Source of the DNA: Candidatus Fervidifonticultor secundus
GTDB taxonomy: Bacteria; Sysuimicrobiota; Sysuimicrobiia; Sysuimicrobiales; Humicultoraceae
Direction of reading: 5' to 3'
Assembly: GCA_031459385.1 (NCBI GenBank)
Contig: JAVKIP010000003.1
Coordinates: 32,001 to 96,000, forward strand
DNA length: 64,000 bases
Part shown: piece after piece, positions 18,218-29,613 of the stretch
Numbering within the stretch: the first letter of the stretch is position 1
Layout of the letters: every line of letters starts with the position of its first letter
Notes under the pieces: model-generated
The model's database searches: none
The model's input: only the letters and a program-made list of their open reading frames with translations
Told to the model about the DNA's origin: nothing
Position numbers and translations under genes: made by a program

Positions 18218-18736
18218 TCACGCGTCGTCCTGCTCGTCCTCGTCCTCTTCGTCGGTGGAGCGGGGACGGTCCGGCCGGTACACCAGCGAGTAGCGCGCGA
18301 TCTGAAACCCGCAGGCTTCCCAGAAGCGCAGGCCGCGCAGGTTGCCGGCCACGACGCCCGACTGGATCTCATCGGCCCCATGGCTCTTCAGCCAGTCGAT
18401 GACGGCCTGGGCCAGCTTCCGGCCCAGGCCCTCGCGGCGGTACTCGGGATAGACGAAGAACTCCCCGATCTGCCCCACGGTGCGCGATTGGTCCGCCCAG
18501 TGCTTGGCCAGCACGGCCACGACGAAGCCCACCTTGCGCCCGTTGTCGACGCCCCACCAGATGAACCGCCGCGCGGGGTCGGCAAAGAGCACCTGCAGGT
18601 AGCGGTCGAGCCAGGCGTCAGGCGGTGGCTCACCCATGATCTCCTCGCGGTAGCGCCGCAGCCAGTCGCGAAAGCGGGCGTCGCCGGCAAAGACGGGTTC
18701 GAGCTTCATGGGCACGAGAGTCCGCACGGAATTCAC
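18218..18736 (-). CDS. GNAT family N-acetyltransferase with an acidic C-terminal tail
   Basis: Motif A FFVYPEYRREGLGRKL and N..GLRFWEACGF. The start could instead be ATG 18709. Confidence 0.88.
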   Translation of the reverse strand: MNSVRTLVPMKLEPVFAGDARFRDWLRRYREEIMGEPPPDAWLDRYLQVLFADPARRFIWWGVDNGRKVGFVVAVLAKHWADQSRTVGQIGEFFVYPEYRREGLGRKLAQAVIDWLKSHGADEIQSGVVAGNLRGLRFWEACGFQIARYSLVYRPDRPRSTDEEDEDEQDDA

Positions 18737-18852
18737 CGCAGAGATTCCACCTGTCCCGGGCGGATTCCTGGCTCGGCGGCCGCCGGGTCAGGCACCGCCG
18801 CCACGACCGGCCGATCCCGGTCGGCCCGCTGGTGCCACCATGGCCGTTCTCC

Positions 18853-20400
18853 CTACAGCGGGATGTTGCCGTGCTTGCGGCGGGGAACGCTCACGCGCTT
18901 GCGGTGCAGGACCTCCAGTGCCGCGACCAGCCGGCGGCGCGTCTCACGCGGGGGGATCACATCGTCGATGTAGCCACGGGCGGCCGCCACGTAGGGGGTG
19001 GCGAACTGCGCCCGGTATTCGGCGACCAGCTCGCGACGCCGGACCTCGGGATCGGGAGCCTCGGCCAGCTCCTTGCGGAAGATGATGTCGATGGCGCCTT
19101 CCGGCCCCATCACGGCGATCTCGGCCGTGGGCCAGGCCAGGTTCAGGTCGCCGCGAATGTGCTTGCTGGACATGACGTCGTAGGCGCCGCCGTAGGCTTT
19201 GCGGGTCACGACGGTCAGCTTGGGCACCGTGGCCTCGCAGTAGGCGTAGAGCAGCTTGGCGCCGTGGCGGATGATGCCCCCGTGCTCCTGCGCTACGCCC
19301 GGCAGGAACCCCGGCACGTCCACGAACGTGACCAGCGGCAGGTTGAACGCGTCGCAGAACCGGACGAACCGGGCGCCCTTGACCGACGCGTCGATGTCGA
19401 GCACGCCGGCCAGCACCGCCGGCTGCTGCGCCAGCACGCCCACCGGCCGGCCCGCGAGCCGCGCGAAGCCGCACAGCAGGTTGCGGGCGAATCCCGCGTG
19501 AACCTCCAGGAAGTCGCCGTCGTCGACGATGCGCCCGATCACCTCGTGCATGTCGTAGGGCTTCGTGGGATCCTCGGGCACCAGGGCATCCAGCGCCGGA
19601 TCGGCCCGCGCGGGATCGTCCGTGGGCGGCCGCCGCGGAGGTTCGTCCAGGTTGTTCGACGGCAGGTAGCCCAGCAGCCGGCGGATCAGGGCGAGGCACG
19701 CCTCGTCGTCGGCCGCGACGAAGTGGGCGATGCCGCTGCGCTCGGCGTGCACATCAGCGCCGCCCAGCGCTTCGAACGACACCTCCTCACGGGTCACCGC
19801 CTTCACCACCTGGGGGCCGGTCACGAACATGTACGACGTGCCTCGCACCATGACGACGAAGTCGGTGATCGCCGGCGAGTAGACGGCGCCCCCGGCGCAC
19901 GGTCCCATGATGGCCGAAATCTGCGGGATCACGCCGCTCGCCTGCGTATTCCGCCAGAAGATCTCGGCGTAGCCGCCGAGGCTCATCACGCCCTCCTGGA
20001 TCCGCGCGCCCCCGGAATCGTTCAGCCCGATGATCGGCGTGCCGGTGCGCAGGGCCAGGTCCATGACCTTGCAGATCTTCTCGGCGTGCGCCTCGCCCAG
20101 CGAGCCTCCCAGCACCGTGAAGTCCTGCGAGAAGACGTGCACCGGTCTGCCGTCGATCGTCCCCCACCCGGTGACGACGCCGTCGGCCGGAGCGTCGACG
20201 CGGTCGAGCCCGAAGTCGCGGTTGCGCGGAGCGGCGAAAGGGTCGAGCTCGATGAACGAGCCGGGGTCCAGGAGCGCGTCCAGACGCTCGCGCGCGGTGA
20301 GCTTCCCGGCCTCGTGCTGCCGGCGGACCCGCTCGGGCCCGCCCATGGCCAGGACCCGCTGGCGGCGACGGCGCAGGTCATCCAGGCGGTCGTCAGGCAC
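18853..20400 (-). CDS. pccB: Acyl-CoA (propionyl-CoA) carboxylase carboxyltransferase subunit
   Basis: [49 protein letters not shown], and the RKHGNIPL end. Confidence 0.93.
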   Translation of the reverse strand: MPDDRLDDLRRRRQRVLAMGGPERVRRQHEAGKLTARERLDALLDPGSFIELDPFAAPRNRDFGLDRVDAPADGVVTGWGTIDGRPVHVFSQDFTVLGGSLGEAHAEKICKVMDLALRTGTPIIGLNDSGGARIQEGVMSLGGYAEIFWRNTQASGVIPQISAIMGPCAGGAVYSPAITDFVVMVRGTSYMFVTGPQVVKAVTREEVSFEALGGADVHAERSGIAHFVAADDEACLALIRRLLGYLPSNNLDEPPRRPPTDDPARADPALDALVPEDPTKPYDMHEVIGRIVDDGDFLEVHAGFARNLLCGFARLAGRPVGVLAQQPAVLAGVLDIDASVKGARFVRFCDAFNLPLVTFVDVPGFLPGVAQEHGGIIRHGAKLLYAYCEATVPKLTVVTRKAYGGAYDVMSSKHIRGDLNLAWPTAEIAVMGPEGAIDIIFRKELAEAPDPEVRRRELVAEYRAQFATPYVAAARGYIDDVIPPRETRRRLVAALEVLHRKRVSVPRRKHGNIPL

Positions 20401-20420
20401 GACGCCGCGGCGGAAGCCGG

Positions 20421-21653
20421 CTAGGCCGTGACGTCGGGATCCGGGGGCAGCGGCCCGTGGGGCCGGATCGCAATGATCCCGTGCTTGAAAAGCAGCTCCT
20501 GCACGCCGTTGACCTCGACGATCAGGCTGTACGTGCCGTACTCCCGGACGATCGCCGACGGGAGCTCGTAGCCGTCGCGGCAGCGGATGTGGACCGGCGC
20601 GGCCGAGAGCACCAGCCGCCGGTAGAAGGCGTCCTCGACGGACAGCTTGCCGACGGCGGACCTGCCTGGCGTGGGCCCGTCGGTCCGTGCCTCCTCGCGC
20701 ATCACGGTGGGTGCACCTCCCTGGCGTTCAGGACGGATCTCGCGCATGTCCCTGACGACGTCTTCCGCCACGGGCTCAGGCGGCGCCGCGGGCGGCGCAG
20801 CCTGCACCCGCTCGCCAGCGCCCACCTGGTCGGCGGGCGGCTCCGCCCCCAGCGTGACCGCAGTGGCCCAGGTGGCCGCAGTCTCCGCGGCGTCAGGCGA
20901 CGCCGCGGCGGGCCTTCCGGCGGCGAGCGCGGGCCCCCGGATCAAGCGCTCGTAGTGCTGGCGCAACCCCTCGACCTGCCGCCGGCGGTCGGGCCGGAGG
21001 GGCTGGGCCGGCCGCGCGCGCTGCGGCTTGCGGGCCGCGTCGATGACCGCCGCCACCACCGCCTCGGCCTCGCTGGCATCCACGGTCTCGGCGCCCACGT
21101 GGAGGAGCGTCCCGCGGTGGGAGGCCAGCGACACCGCTGCCAGCGCCACCGTGACGCCGGCGAACGCCGTCAGGGTGAGGCCCTCCAGCGCGGGCCGGAA
21201 TCCGCCGCGCTCAGCCAGGGGCCGCAGCGCCTCCACTGTGGCCAGGGCGACGGTGCGCAACCGGTGCATCTGCCCGGGCGGCGCCTGCGCGGAACCCGCG
21301 ACGGTCTTCTGCGCGCCCTCGCGCTCGTAGCGCAGCTCGACGACAGCCCGCGCCAGGGTTTCGGTCAGGGTCTCCTCGAGCCGGACGAGCTGGCAGGGGG
21401 GGATCACCTCGGGCGTGGGCTGCGGCTCGAGGTGCGCGATCTGCACCCGCCACCCGTCCACGGGCAGCCCGTACTGGCTGATCAGTGCCGAGGTGATGGC
21501 GCGCCGGATCGCCCCGTCGTCGCGGGTCGACTCTGTGGTGACGTAGATACGCTCGATCTCGCCGCCCTCATTGGCCACCACCCGAGCGGCGGCGACGGCC
21601 TCCAGCCGCTCCAGGAACGTCTCGATCTCGTCGGCGAACACCTCACGGGGCAC
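20421..21653 (-). CDS. Multidomain protein with uncharacterised N-terminal domains and a C-terminal Hfq/Sm-like domain
   Basis: GTG at 21653 with a GGGGAG RBS. The C-terminal VEDAFY..PVHI...DG...[12 protein letters not shown] aligns by eye to Hfq LQDPFL..PVSI..NG...VYKHAISTVVP. Confidence 0.75.
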   Translation of the reverse strand: MPREVFADEIETFLERLEAVAAARVVANEGGEIERIYVTTESTRDDGAIRRAITSALISQYGLPVDGWRVQIAHLEPQPTPEVIPPCQLVRLEETLTETLARAVVELRYEREGAQKTVAGSAQAPPGQMHRLRTVALATVEALRPLAERGGFRPALEGLTLTAFAGVTVALAAVSLASHRGTLLHVGAETVDASEAEAVVAAVIDAARKPQRARPAQPLRPDRRRQVEGLRQHYERLIRGPALAAGRPAAASPDAAETAATWATAVTLGAEPPADQVGAGERVQAAPPAAPPEPVAEDVVRDMREIRPERQGGAPTVMREEARTDGPTPGRSAVGKLSVEDAFYRRLVLSAAPVHIRCRDGYELPSAIVREYGTYSLIVEVNGVQELLFKHGIIAIRPHGPLPPDPDVTA

Positions 21654-21724
21654 CGGCGACTCCCCACTGCTGCCCTCAACGGTTTCCGTTACCTTCTGCG
21701 GTGCACAGACGTCTCCTGCCCGGC

Positions 21725-24315
<2,591 letters not shown>

Positions 24316-24320
24316 CTACC

Positions 24321-24605
24321 CTACCATGCCGCCGCGCCCCCGGCCATGGCAGGGATGATGGAGACCTCCGCGCGCTGGTCCAGCGGGGTGTGCAGGCCCT
24401 GCAGCGTACGCACGTCCTGCTCGTTCACGAAGACGTTCACGAAGTGGTGGAGCTGGCCGTCCCCGTTCACCAGCCGCTCGCGCAACCCCGGGAAGCGGCG
24501 CTCGAGTTCGTCGATGGCCTCCGCCAGCGTCAGCGCCTCCACCGTGACCACCCGTGCGCCGTTCGTGTAGCGGCGCATGGGTGAGGGAATGCGAATCGTC
24601 GCCAC
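24321..24605 (-). CDS. MoaD/ThiS/CysO-type ubiquitin-like sulfur carrier with an AAAW extension after GG
   Basis: GAGGAGGA RBS. Sequence reads IRIPSPMRRYTNG...FVNVFVNEQDVR...IIPAMAGG-AAAW. Confidence 0.9.
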   Translation of the reverse strand: MATIRIPSPMRRYTNGARVVTVEALTLAEAIDELERRFPGLRERLVNGDGQLHHFVNVFVNEQDVRTLQGLHTPLDQRAEVSIIPAMAGGAAAW

Positions 24606-24616
24606 CGTCGTCCTCC

Positions 24617-25843
24617 TCACGAGACCCTGGCCAGCACCGCGTCTTCGAACGCCCGCAGCGACGGCCGCACGCGCACAGGCGCCGCCACCGCGTCGGCCAG
24701 GTGGTCTGCGGTCTTCAGCCCCATGCCCGTGATGAACGCCACCGTGACGCCCGCGGGATCCAGGGCGCCGCCTGCGGCCAGCTTCTTGAGCACCGCGATC
24801 GTCACCCCGCCGGCGGTCTCGGTGAAGATCCCCTCGCACTCGGCCAGCAGGCGGATGCCGTCGACGATCTCCTCATCGGTGGCGTCGTCGATGCGGCCGC
24901 CGCTGGCTCCCACCGCGGCGATGGCGTACCGCCCGTCGGCCGGCGTGCCGATGGCCAGCGACTGCGCGATCGTACGGGGCCTGACGGGGGTGATGGCCCC
25001 GCCCCGTTTGAACGCCGTGCTGACCGGCGCGCACCCTGCCGGCTGCGCGCCGTGCACGCGCGTCGTCGCGGCGGCGACCAGGCCCACCGCGGCCAGTTCC
25101 TGGAAGCCGCGGTGGATCTTGACCAGCAGGTTGCCCGACGCGACGGGCACCACCACGTCAGCGGGCACCTGCCATCCGAGTTGCTCGGCCACCTCGAAGG
25201 CCAGGGTCTTCCCGCCCTCGCTGTAGTACGGCCGCATGTTGACGTTGAGGAAGGCCCAGTGGTGCTCCTCGCCGATCTCGGCGCAGAGCCGGTTGACGTC
25301 GTCGTAGCTGCCCTCGACCTCGACCACGGTCGGCCCGTAGATGGCCGAGGCCAGCACCTTGCCGCGCTCCAGGCCGGCGGGGATGAAGACGTAGGCGCGC
25401 ATGCCGGCGCGGGCCGCGTGGGCAGCCACCGAGTTGGCCAGGTTGCCGGTAGAGGCGCAGGCGAGCACGTGGTAGCCGAACCGGCGCGCCGCCGCCGTCC
25501 CGATGGACACCGACCGGTCCTTGAACGACCAGGTGGGGTTGGTGGAATCGTTCTTGATGTACAGGCGCTGCAGCCCCAGGCGCTCGCCCAGCCGGGGCGC
25601 CGGCACCAGCGGCGTGCACCCCGGGGAGAGGTCTGCGGCCGGATCGCAGGGCACCGGCAGGAGATCGGCGTAGCGCCAGATCGACCGGGGTCCGGCCTCG
25701 ATCCGCTGCCGCAGCGGCAGACGGCGCAGCGTCTCCAGGTCGTACACCGGTTCCAGCGGGCCCAGACAGCGCTCGCACACGTACACCGGCCCGGCCGGCA
25801 CCTCCGCGTCGCACTCGCGACACCGCAGCCGATCGACTGCCAT
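24617..25843 (-). CDS. Threonine synthase-like PLP enzyme, probably an O-phosphohomoserine sulfhydrylase (MetM-like)
   Basis: N-terminal CxxC...CxxC, NPTWSFKDR, ASTGN, NVNMRPYYSEGGKT. Flanked by a sulfur carrier gene and under a SAM riboswitch. Confidence 0.85.
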   Translation of the reverse strand: MAVDRLRCRECDAEVPAGPVYVCERCLGPLEPVYDLETLRRLPLRQRIEAGPRSIWRYADLLPVPCDPAADLSPGCTPLVPAPRLGERLGLQRLYIKNDSTNPTWSFKDRSVSIGTAAARRFGYHVLACASTGNLANSVAAHAARAGMRAYVFIPAGLERGKVLASAIYGPTVVEVEGSYDDVNRLCAEIGEEHHWAFLNVNMRPYYSEGGKTLAFEVAEQLGWQVPADVVVPVASGNLLVKIHRGFQELAAVGLVAAATTRVHGAQPAGCAPVSTAFKRGGAITPVRPRTIAQSLAIGTPADGRYAIAAVGASGGRIDDATDEEIVDGIRLLAECEGIFTETAGGVTIAVLKKLAAGGALDPAGVTVAFITGMGLKTADHLADAVAAPVRVRPSLRAFEDAVLARVS

Positions 25844-25875
25844 CTCTCTCCTCCCCCGCCCGGTGTTCCCGGCGG

Positions 25876-26775
25876 TCAGGTCGCCAGGGCTCCCCGGGGT
25901 TCGATGCGTGTCTCGATCGCACGGCTGTGCACGCCCACCGCGGCGAAGGCAGCCACCATGGCGGCGCCCACCGCGCCCGCAGCCTCCGGTGGCGCCAGCG
26001 CCGCCACCGTGGGCCCGGAGCCGCTCAACACCGCGCCGTAGGCACCCGCGGCCTCGGCAGCGCCCACTACGGCCTCGAAGCCCGGTACCAGCGACGCCCG
26101 GTACGGCTGGTGGAGCCGGTCGCGCAGCGCGCCCCGCAGGGCCCCGGCCTGACCCGTGGCCAGCGCGGCGACCACCAGCGCCACCTGCGCCAGGTTGAAC
26201 ACGGCATCCGCGCGCTCGACCTGGGCCGGCAGCACGCGTCGCGCCGCCGCGGTCTCCACCTCCAGCGCCGGCACCGCCAGTACCACGGCCACCGGGAGTG
26301 CCGGGACGATCCGCGCCCACCGCAGTGCCGTCCCGTCGCGGGCCACGATCACGACGCCGCCGAAGAGCGCCGCCGCCACGTTGTCCGGATGGCCTTCCAG
26401 GTCCGTGGCCAATCGCAGCAGCCTCTCGGCGTCCAGGGCGTCGCCCAGCAGCCGGTGCGCGGCCACGAGCCCCCCGACGATGGCCGCAGCGCTACTCCCC
26501 AGGCCGCTGCGCAGGGGAATCGGCGAGCGCGCCCGCAGGGCGAAGGCGCCCTGCCAGCCGGTGGCGGCAGCGGCCACCTGCGCGCTGCGGTAGATCAGGT
26601 TCGAGACGTCCTGTGGGACGTCGACGCCCGCGACCTCGACAGAGGGCGTCGGCGCTGCGGCCAGCGTGACCTCGGCAAACAGGCCAACCGCCGCCCCCAG
26701 GCAGTCGAACCCCGGCCCGAGGTTGGCGACGGTTGCCGGCACCTGCACAGTGACCTGGTCGAGCGCGACGGCCAC
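25876..26775 (-). CDS. thrB: Homoserine kinase
   Basis: PATVANLGPGFD, GLGSSAAA, EGHPDNVAAA, DRLHQPYR, SGSGPT. Confidence 0.95.
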   Translation of the reverse strand: MAVALDQVTVQVPATVANLGPGFDCLGAAVGLFAEVTLAAAPTPSVEVAGVDVPQDVSNLIYRSAQVAAAATGWQGAFALRARSPIPLRSGLGSSAAAIVGGLVAAHRLLGDALDAERLLRLATDLEGHPDNVAAALFGGVVIVARDGTALRWARIVPALPVAVVLAVPALEVETAAARRVLPAQVERADAVFNLAQVALVVAALATGQAGALRGALRDRLHQPYRASLVPGFEAVVGAAEAAGAYGAVLSGSGPTVAALAPPEAAGAVGAAMVAAFAAVGVHSRAIETRIEPRGALAT

Positions 26776-26794
26776 GCCCCATCTCTCCCGCACA

Positions 26795-26834
26795 TAACAA
26801 GAAACCCCTCCACTTCCTGCGCCGGGAGGGGTTC
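26795..26834 (-). terminator. Intrinsic terminator forming the SAM-I expression platform
   Basis: GAACCCCUCC/GGAGGGGUUUC stem followed by UUGUUAU, directly 3' of the aptamer. Confidence 0.75.
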
Positions 26835-26838
26835 TACC

Positions 26839-26943
26839 CTCTTATCCGCCGGAACTGGGTTCCGCGGGGCTTGGCACCTTACCGCCCATGCGGCAGGTTG
26901 CCGGGGGTCATCGGGCCCGTCCCTCACCCACTCTTGATAAGAG
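26839..26943 (-). promoter_or_regulatory. SAM-I (S-box) riboswitch
   Basis: CUCUUAUCAAGAG..GAGGGACGGGCCCGAUGACCCCCGGCAACC..GGUGCCAA..GAUAAGAG. P1 (CUCUUAUC/GAUAAGAG) and the conserved core are present. Confidence 0.96.
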
Positions 26944-26964
26944 AAACGTATGCAGTTGAGAGTC

Positions 26965-26993
26965 AACCTAGCATAGCGTGGCGCACGCGTCAA
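26965..26993 (-). promoter_or_regulatory. Sigma70 promoter with extended -10 upstream of the SAM riboswitch
   Basis: TTGACG, 17 bp spacer ending in TGc, then TAGGTT. Confidence 0.7.
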
Positions 26994-27073
26994 CCCCTTG
27001 CGCGCGGTCGGCGCGGCCGGCGAAGGCTCCCGCGGCTACGTCCCGCTCGCCATCCCCCAGGGCAGAGGGGCGC

Positions 27074-28471
27074 CTACGGCAAAGCGACGAGCTTGCCTGG
27101 GTTCATGATGTTGTGTGGGTCGAGGGTCTGCTTGAGGGCGCGCATCACTTCCAGGGTCTCGCCGTGCTCCCTGGCCATGTACGGCAGCTTGCCGATGCCC
27201 ACGCCGTGCTCGCCGGTGCAGGTGCCGCCCAGGGCCAGGGCCCGCAGGACCATGCGCTCGTTGAGGCGTTTCACTTCCGCCATCTCCGCCGGGTCGTCCG
27301 GATTCACCAGGAACACCAGGTGGAAGTTCCCGTCGCCGACGTGGCCCACCAGCGCCACCGGCACGGGCGAGGCTGCCAGGTCCCGCTTCGTCTCCACGAT
27401 GCACTCGGCCAGGCGCGAGATCGGCACGCAGACGTCGGTCGTGAGCCCGCTGGCCCCCGGCCGCAGCGCCAGCGCGGCCCAGTAGGCGTCGTGCCGCGCC
27501 TTCCACAGCCGCGCCCGCTGGTCGGCGTCGGTGGCCCATCGAAACGCCTGGCCGCCGTGCTGGAGGGCGATCTCCTTGACCATGTCGGCCTGCTCGGCCA
27601 CGCTGCGCTGGCTCGGCCCGTGAAACTCCAGGAACAGCGTGGGCGCCACGGGACAGTCGAGCCCCGCGTGGCGGTTGCAGGCGGCCATCTGCACCTCGTC
27701 CAGGAGTTCGATGCGGGCCACCGGGATGCCCAGCTGCACCGTGGTGATGACGGTGTCCACGGCTCCGGCGATCGCCTCGAAAGCACACGTCGCGGCCGCC
27801 ACCGCCTCAGGCACCCCGTGCAACCTGACCGTGACCTCGGTGATGACGCCCAGGGTCCCCTCCGAGCCCACGAAGAGCCGGGTCAGGTCGTAGCCCGCGG
27901 CCGACTTGCGCGCGCGCGTGCCAGTGCGGATCACGCGCCCGTCGGCGAGCACCACCGTGAGGCCCAGCACGTTCTCCCGCATGGTGCCGTAGCGCACCGC
28001 GGTGGTCCCCGACGCGCGCGTGGCGGCCATGCCGCCCAGGGTGGCGTCGGCCCCCGGGTCCACGGAGAAGAACAGGCCGAGCCCGCGCAGGTGGCGGTTC
28101 AGCTGCCGGTGCGTGACCCCCGCCTCGACGGTGGCGTCCAGATCCTCGGGGCTGACCCGCAGGATGCGGTTCATCTGGGAGAGGTCGATGCAGATGCCGC
28201 CCTGCGTGGCGGCCACGTGGCCCTCGAGCGACGTGCCGGCGCCGAAGGGGATGACCGGCGCGCCCGCGCGGGCGCACACCTCGACGATCGCCCGCACGTC
28301 GTCGGTGGAGTGCGGGAACGCCACCGCGTCCGGCGGGTGCGGCGGGAGGTACGTCTCTCCGCGGCTGTGGTGCTCGCGCACCGCCGTGGCGGTCGAGAGG
28401 CGGTCGCCGAGCAGCGCCCGGAGCTCGGCGATCACCCGCTCGGCGGCGTAGGGGCGCGGCACCACGCTCAT
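27074..28471 (-). CDS. FAD-linked oxidase (D-lactate dehydrogenase/GlcD family)
   Basis: FGAGTSLEG, DPGADATLGGM, LFVGSEGTLG, GHVGDGNFH, GEHGVG, DPHNIMNPGK. Confidence 0.92.
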   Translation of the reverse strand: MSVVPRPYAAERVIAELRALLGDRLSTATAVREHHSRGETYLPPHPPDAVAFPHSTDDVRAIVEVCARAGAPVIPFGAGTSLEGHVAATQGGICIDLSQMNRILRVSPEDLDATVEAGVTHRQLNRHLRGLGLFFSVDPGADATLGGMAATRASGTTAVRYGTMRENVLGLTVVLADGRVIRTGTRARKSAAGYDLTRLFVGSEGTLGVITEVTVRLHGVPEAVAAATCAFEAIAGAVDTVITTVQLGIPVARIELLDEVQMAACNRHAGLDCPVAPTLFLEFHGPSQRSVAEQADMVKEIALQHGGQAFRWATDADQRARLWKARHDAYWAALALRPGASGLTTDVCVPISRLAECIVETKRDLAASPVPVALVGHVGDGNFHLVFLVNPDDPAEMAEVKRLNERMVLRALALGGTCTGEHGVGIGKLPYMAREHGETLEVMRALKQTLDPHNIMNPGKLVALP

Positions 28472-28563
28472 GGCATGTCGCTGTCCACGATCGCGCCGCC
28501 CGGGCCAGCGGCCCGGAACGTCAGATTCCCATCCCACACCGTTCGAATATGCTCTCGTGGCAT
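28468..28563 (-). pseudogene. 31-aa mini-ORF, possibly a truncated OsmC-like gene or leader peptide
   Basis: MPREHIRTVWDGNLTFRAAGPGGAIVDSDMP*, with a purine-rich RBS. Its TGA overlaps the oxidase ATG. Confidence 0.35.
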
Positions 28564-28787
28564 GTCCTGCCCCCCGCCGTCATCTCAGCGTCTCACGCCA
28601 GGGACCGCACGCGCCGCGCCGGCTCCAGACCTCGTCGTGACCTCGCGCGTCGTGCGCCACGGCACCGTGCATCCGTTCTCCACATCCGCGAAGACCTCCC
28701 CCGTGCACACCGCGCACGCTCTCCCGACGTCCGGGCGCCGGCCACCCAGGGCGCCTGTCGGGGCAGATCGATCCAGGCGGGGCCTGC

Positions 28788-28816
28788 TTGAGGCCCTCTC
28801 GCCGCAGTGCTAGACT
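28788..28816 (+). promoter_or_regulatory. Sigma70 promoter for lgt
   Basis: TTGAGG, 17 bp spacer ending in TGc, then TAGACT, 10 nt before the GTG. Confidence 0.6.
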
Positions 28817-28826
28817 TGGGCCCGCT

Positions 28827-29555
28827 GTGGATCCCGTGCTGGTGCAGCTCGGTCCCGTCGCGATCCGCTGGTACGGCGTGATGCTGGCCACGACGATCGT
28901 GCTGAGCCTGCTGGTCGCGTACCGCATCGGCCCTCGTCTGGGCGTGCCGGCCGCCGTGCTCGACCGCACCGCCACGGCGGCAGTGCTCGTCATGTTCGTC
29001 GGGGCGCGCCTGGGATACGTGGTCTCCCATCCCAGCCAGTTCCTCCCGGCCCTCTGGGAGATCGTGCGGATCGACCGGGGCGGGCTCTCGTCGCACGGCG
29101 CCATCGCCGCGGGCCTGCTCTACGCCGCCTGGGCCGCCCGGCGCACGGGCGTCTCGCTCTGGCAGTTTGCCGATACGTTCGGCTGGGCGATCCCCATCGG
29201 CAACATCTTCGTCCGCTTCGGCAACTTCATGAACGGCGAGCTCTACGGCGACCCCACGGGGCTCCCCTGGGGTGTCGTCTTTCCGACGATGCCCGACGCC
29301 CCTCGCCATCCGCTGCAGATCTACGAGATGCTCCTGGCGGTCGTCGTCCTGCTCCGGGCGCGCACGGTCGCCGCCCGCCCGCGATTCCCGGGGGAGGTGT
29401 TCTGGAGCATCGTGGTGCCGACCTCGGTGGGGCGGCTGGTGTTCGACGCGCTGCGCAGCGAGATGCGGGCCCTGGGCCCGCTGACGCTGGGCCAGCTCCC
29501 GGCCCTGGTGCTCATCGGCTGGGGGCTGTGGGACCTGCGCCGCCAGCGGCGGTAG
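28827..29555 (+). CDS. lgt: Prolipoprotein diacylglyceryl transferase
   Basis: DPVLVQLGPVAIRWYG, GARLGYV, GGLSSHG, RFGNFMNGELYG, HPLQIYE. Confidence 0.93.
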   Translation: MDPVLVQLGPVAIRWYGVMLATTIVLSLLVAYRIGPRLGVPAAVLDRTATAAVLVMFVGARLGYVVSHPSQFLPALWEIVRIDRGGLSSHGAIAAGLLYAAWAARRTGVSLWQFADTFGWAIPIGNIFVRFGNFMNGELYGDPTGLPWGVVFPTMPDAPRHPLQIYEMLLAVVVLLRARTVAARPRFPGEVFWSIVVPTSVGRLVFDALRSEMRALGPLTLGQLPALVLIGWGLWDLRRQRR

Positions 29556-29613
29556 CGCCGGCGCTGGCAGCGACGGCGGCAACCGCAGCGTTTACCGCGA
29601 CGGGGAGACCAGG

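Noticed and set aside
18788..18841. 17-codon ORF after pccB as a carboxylase epsilon subunit
   Set aside because: Too short, Gly/Ala-rich, and without the conserved Trp-containing motif of epsilon subunits.
28540..28556. Possible LexA box (cgttcgaatatgctct)
   Set aside because: The spacing does not fit GAAC-N4-GTTC, and the site lies within the 31-codon mini-ORF.
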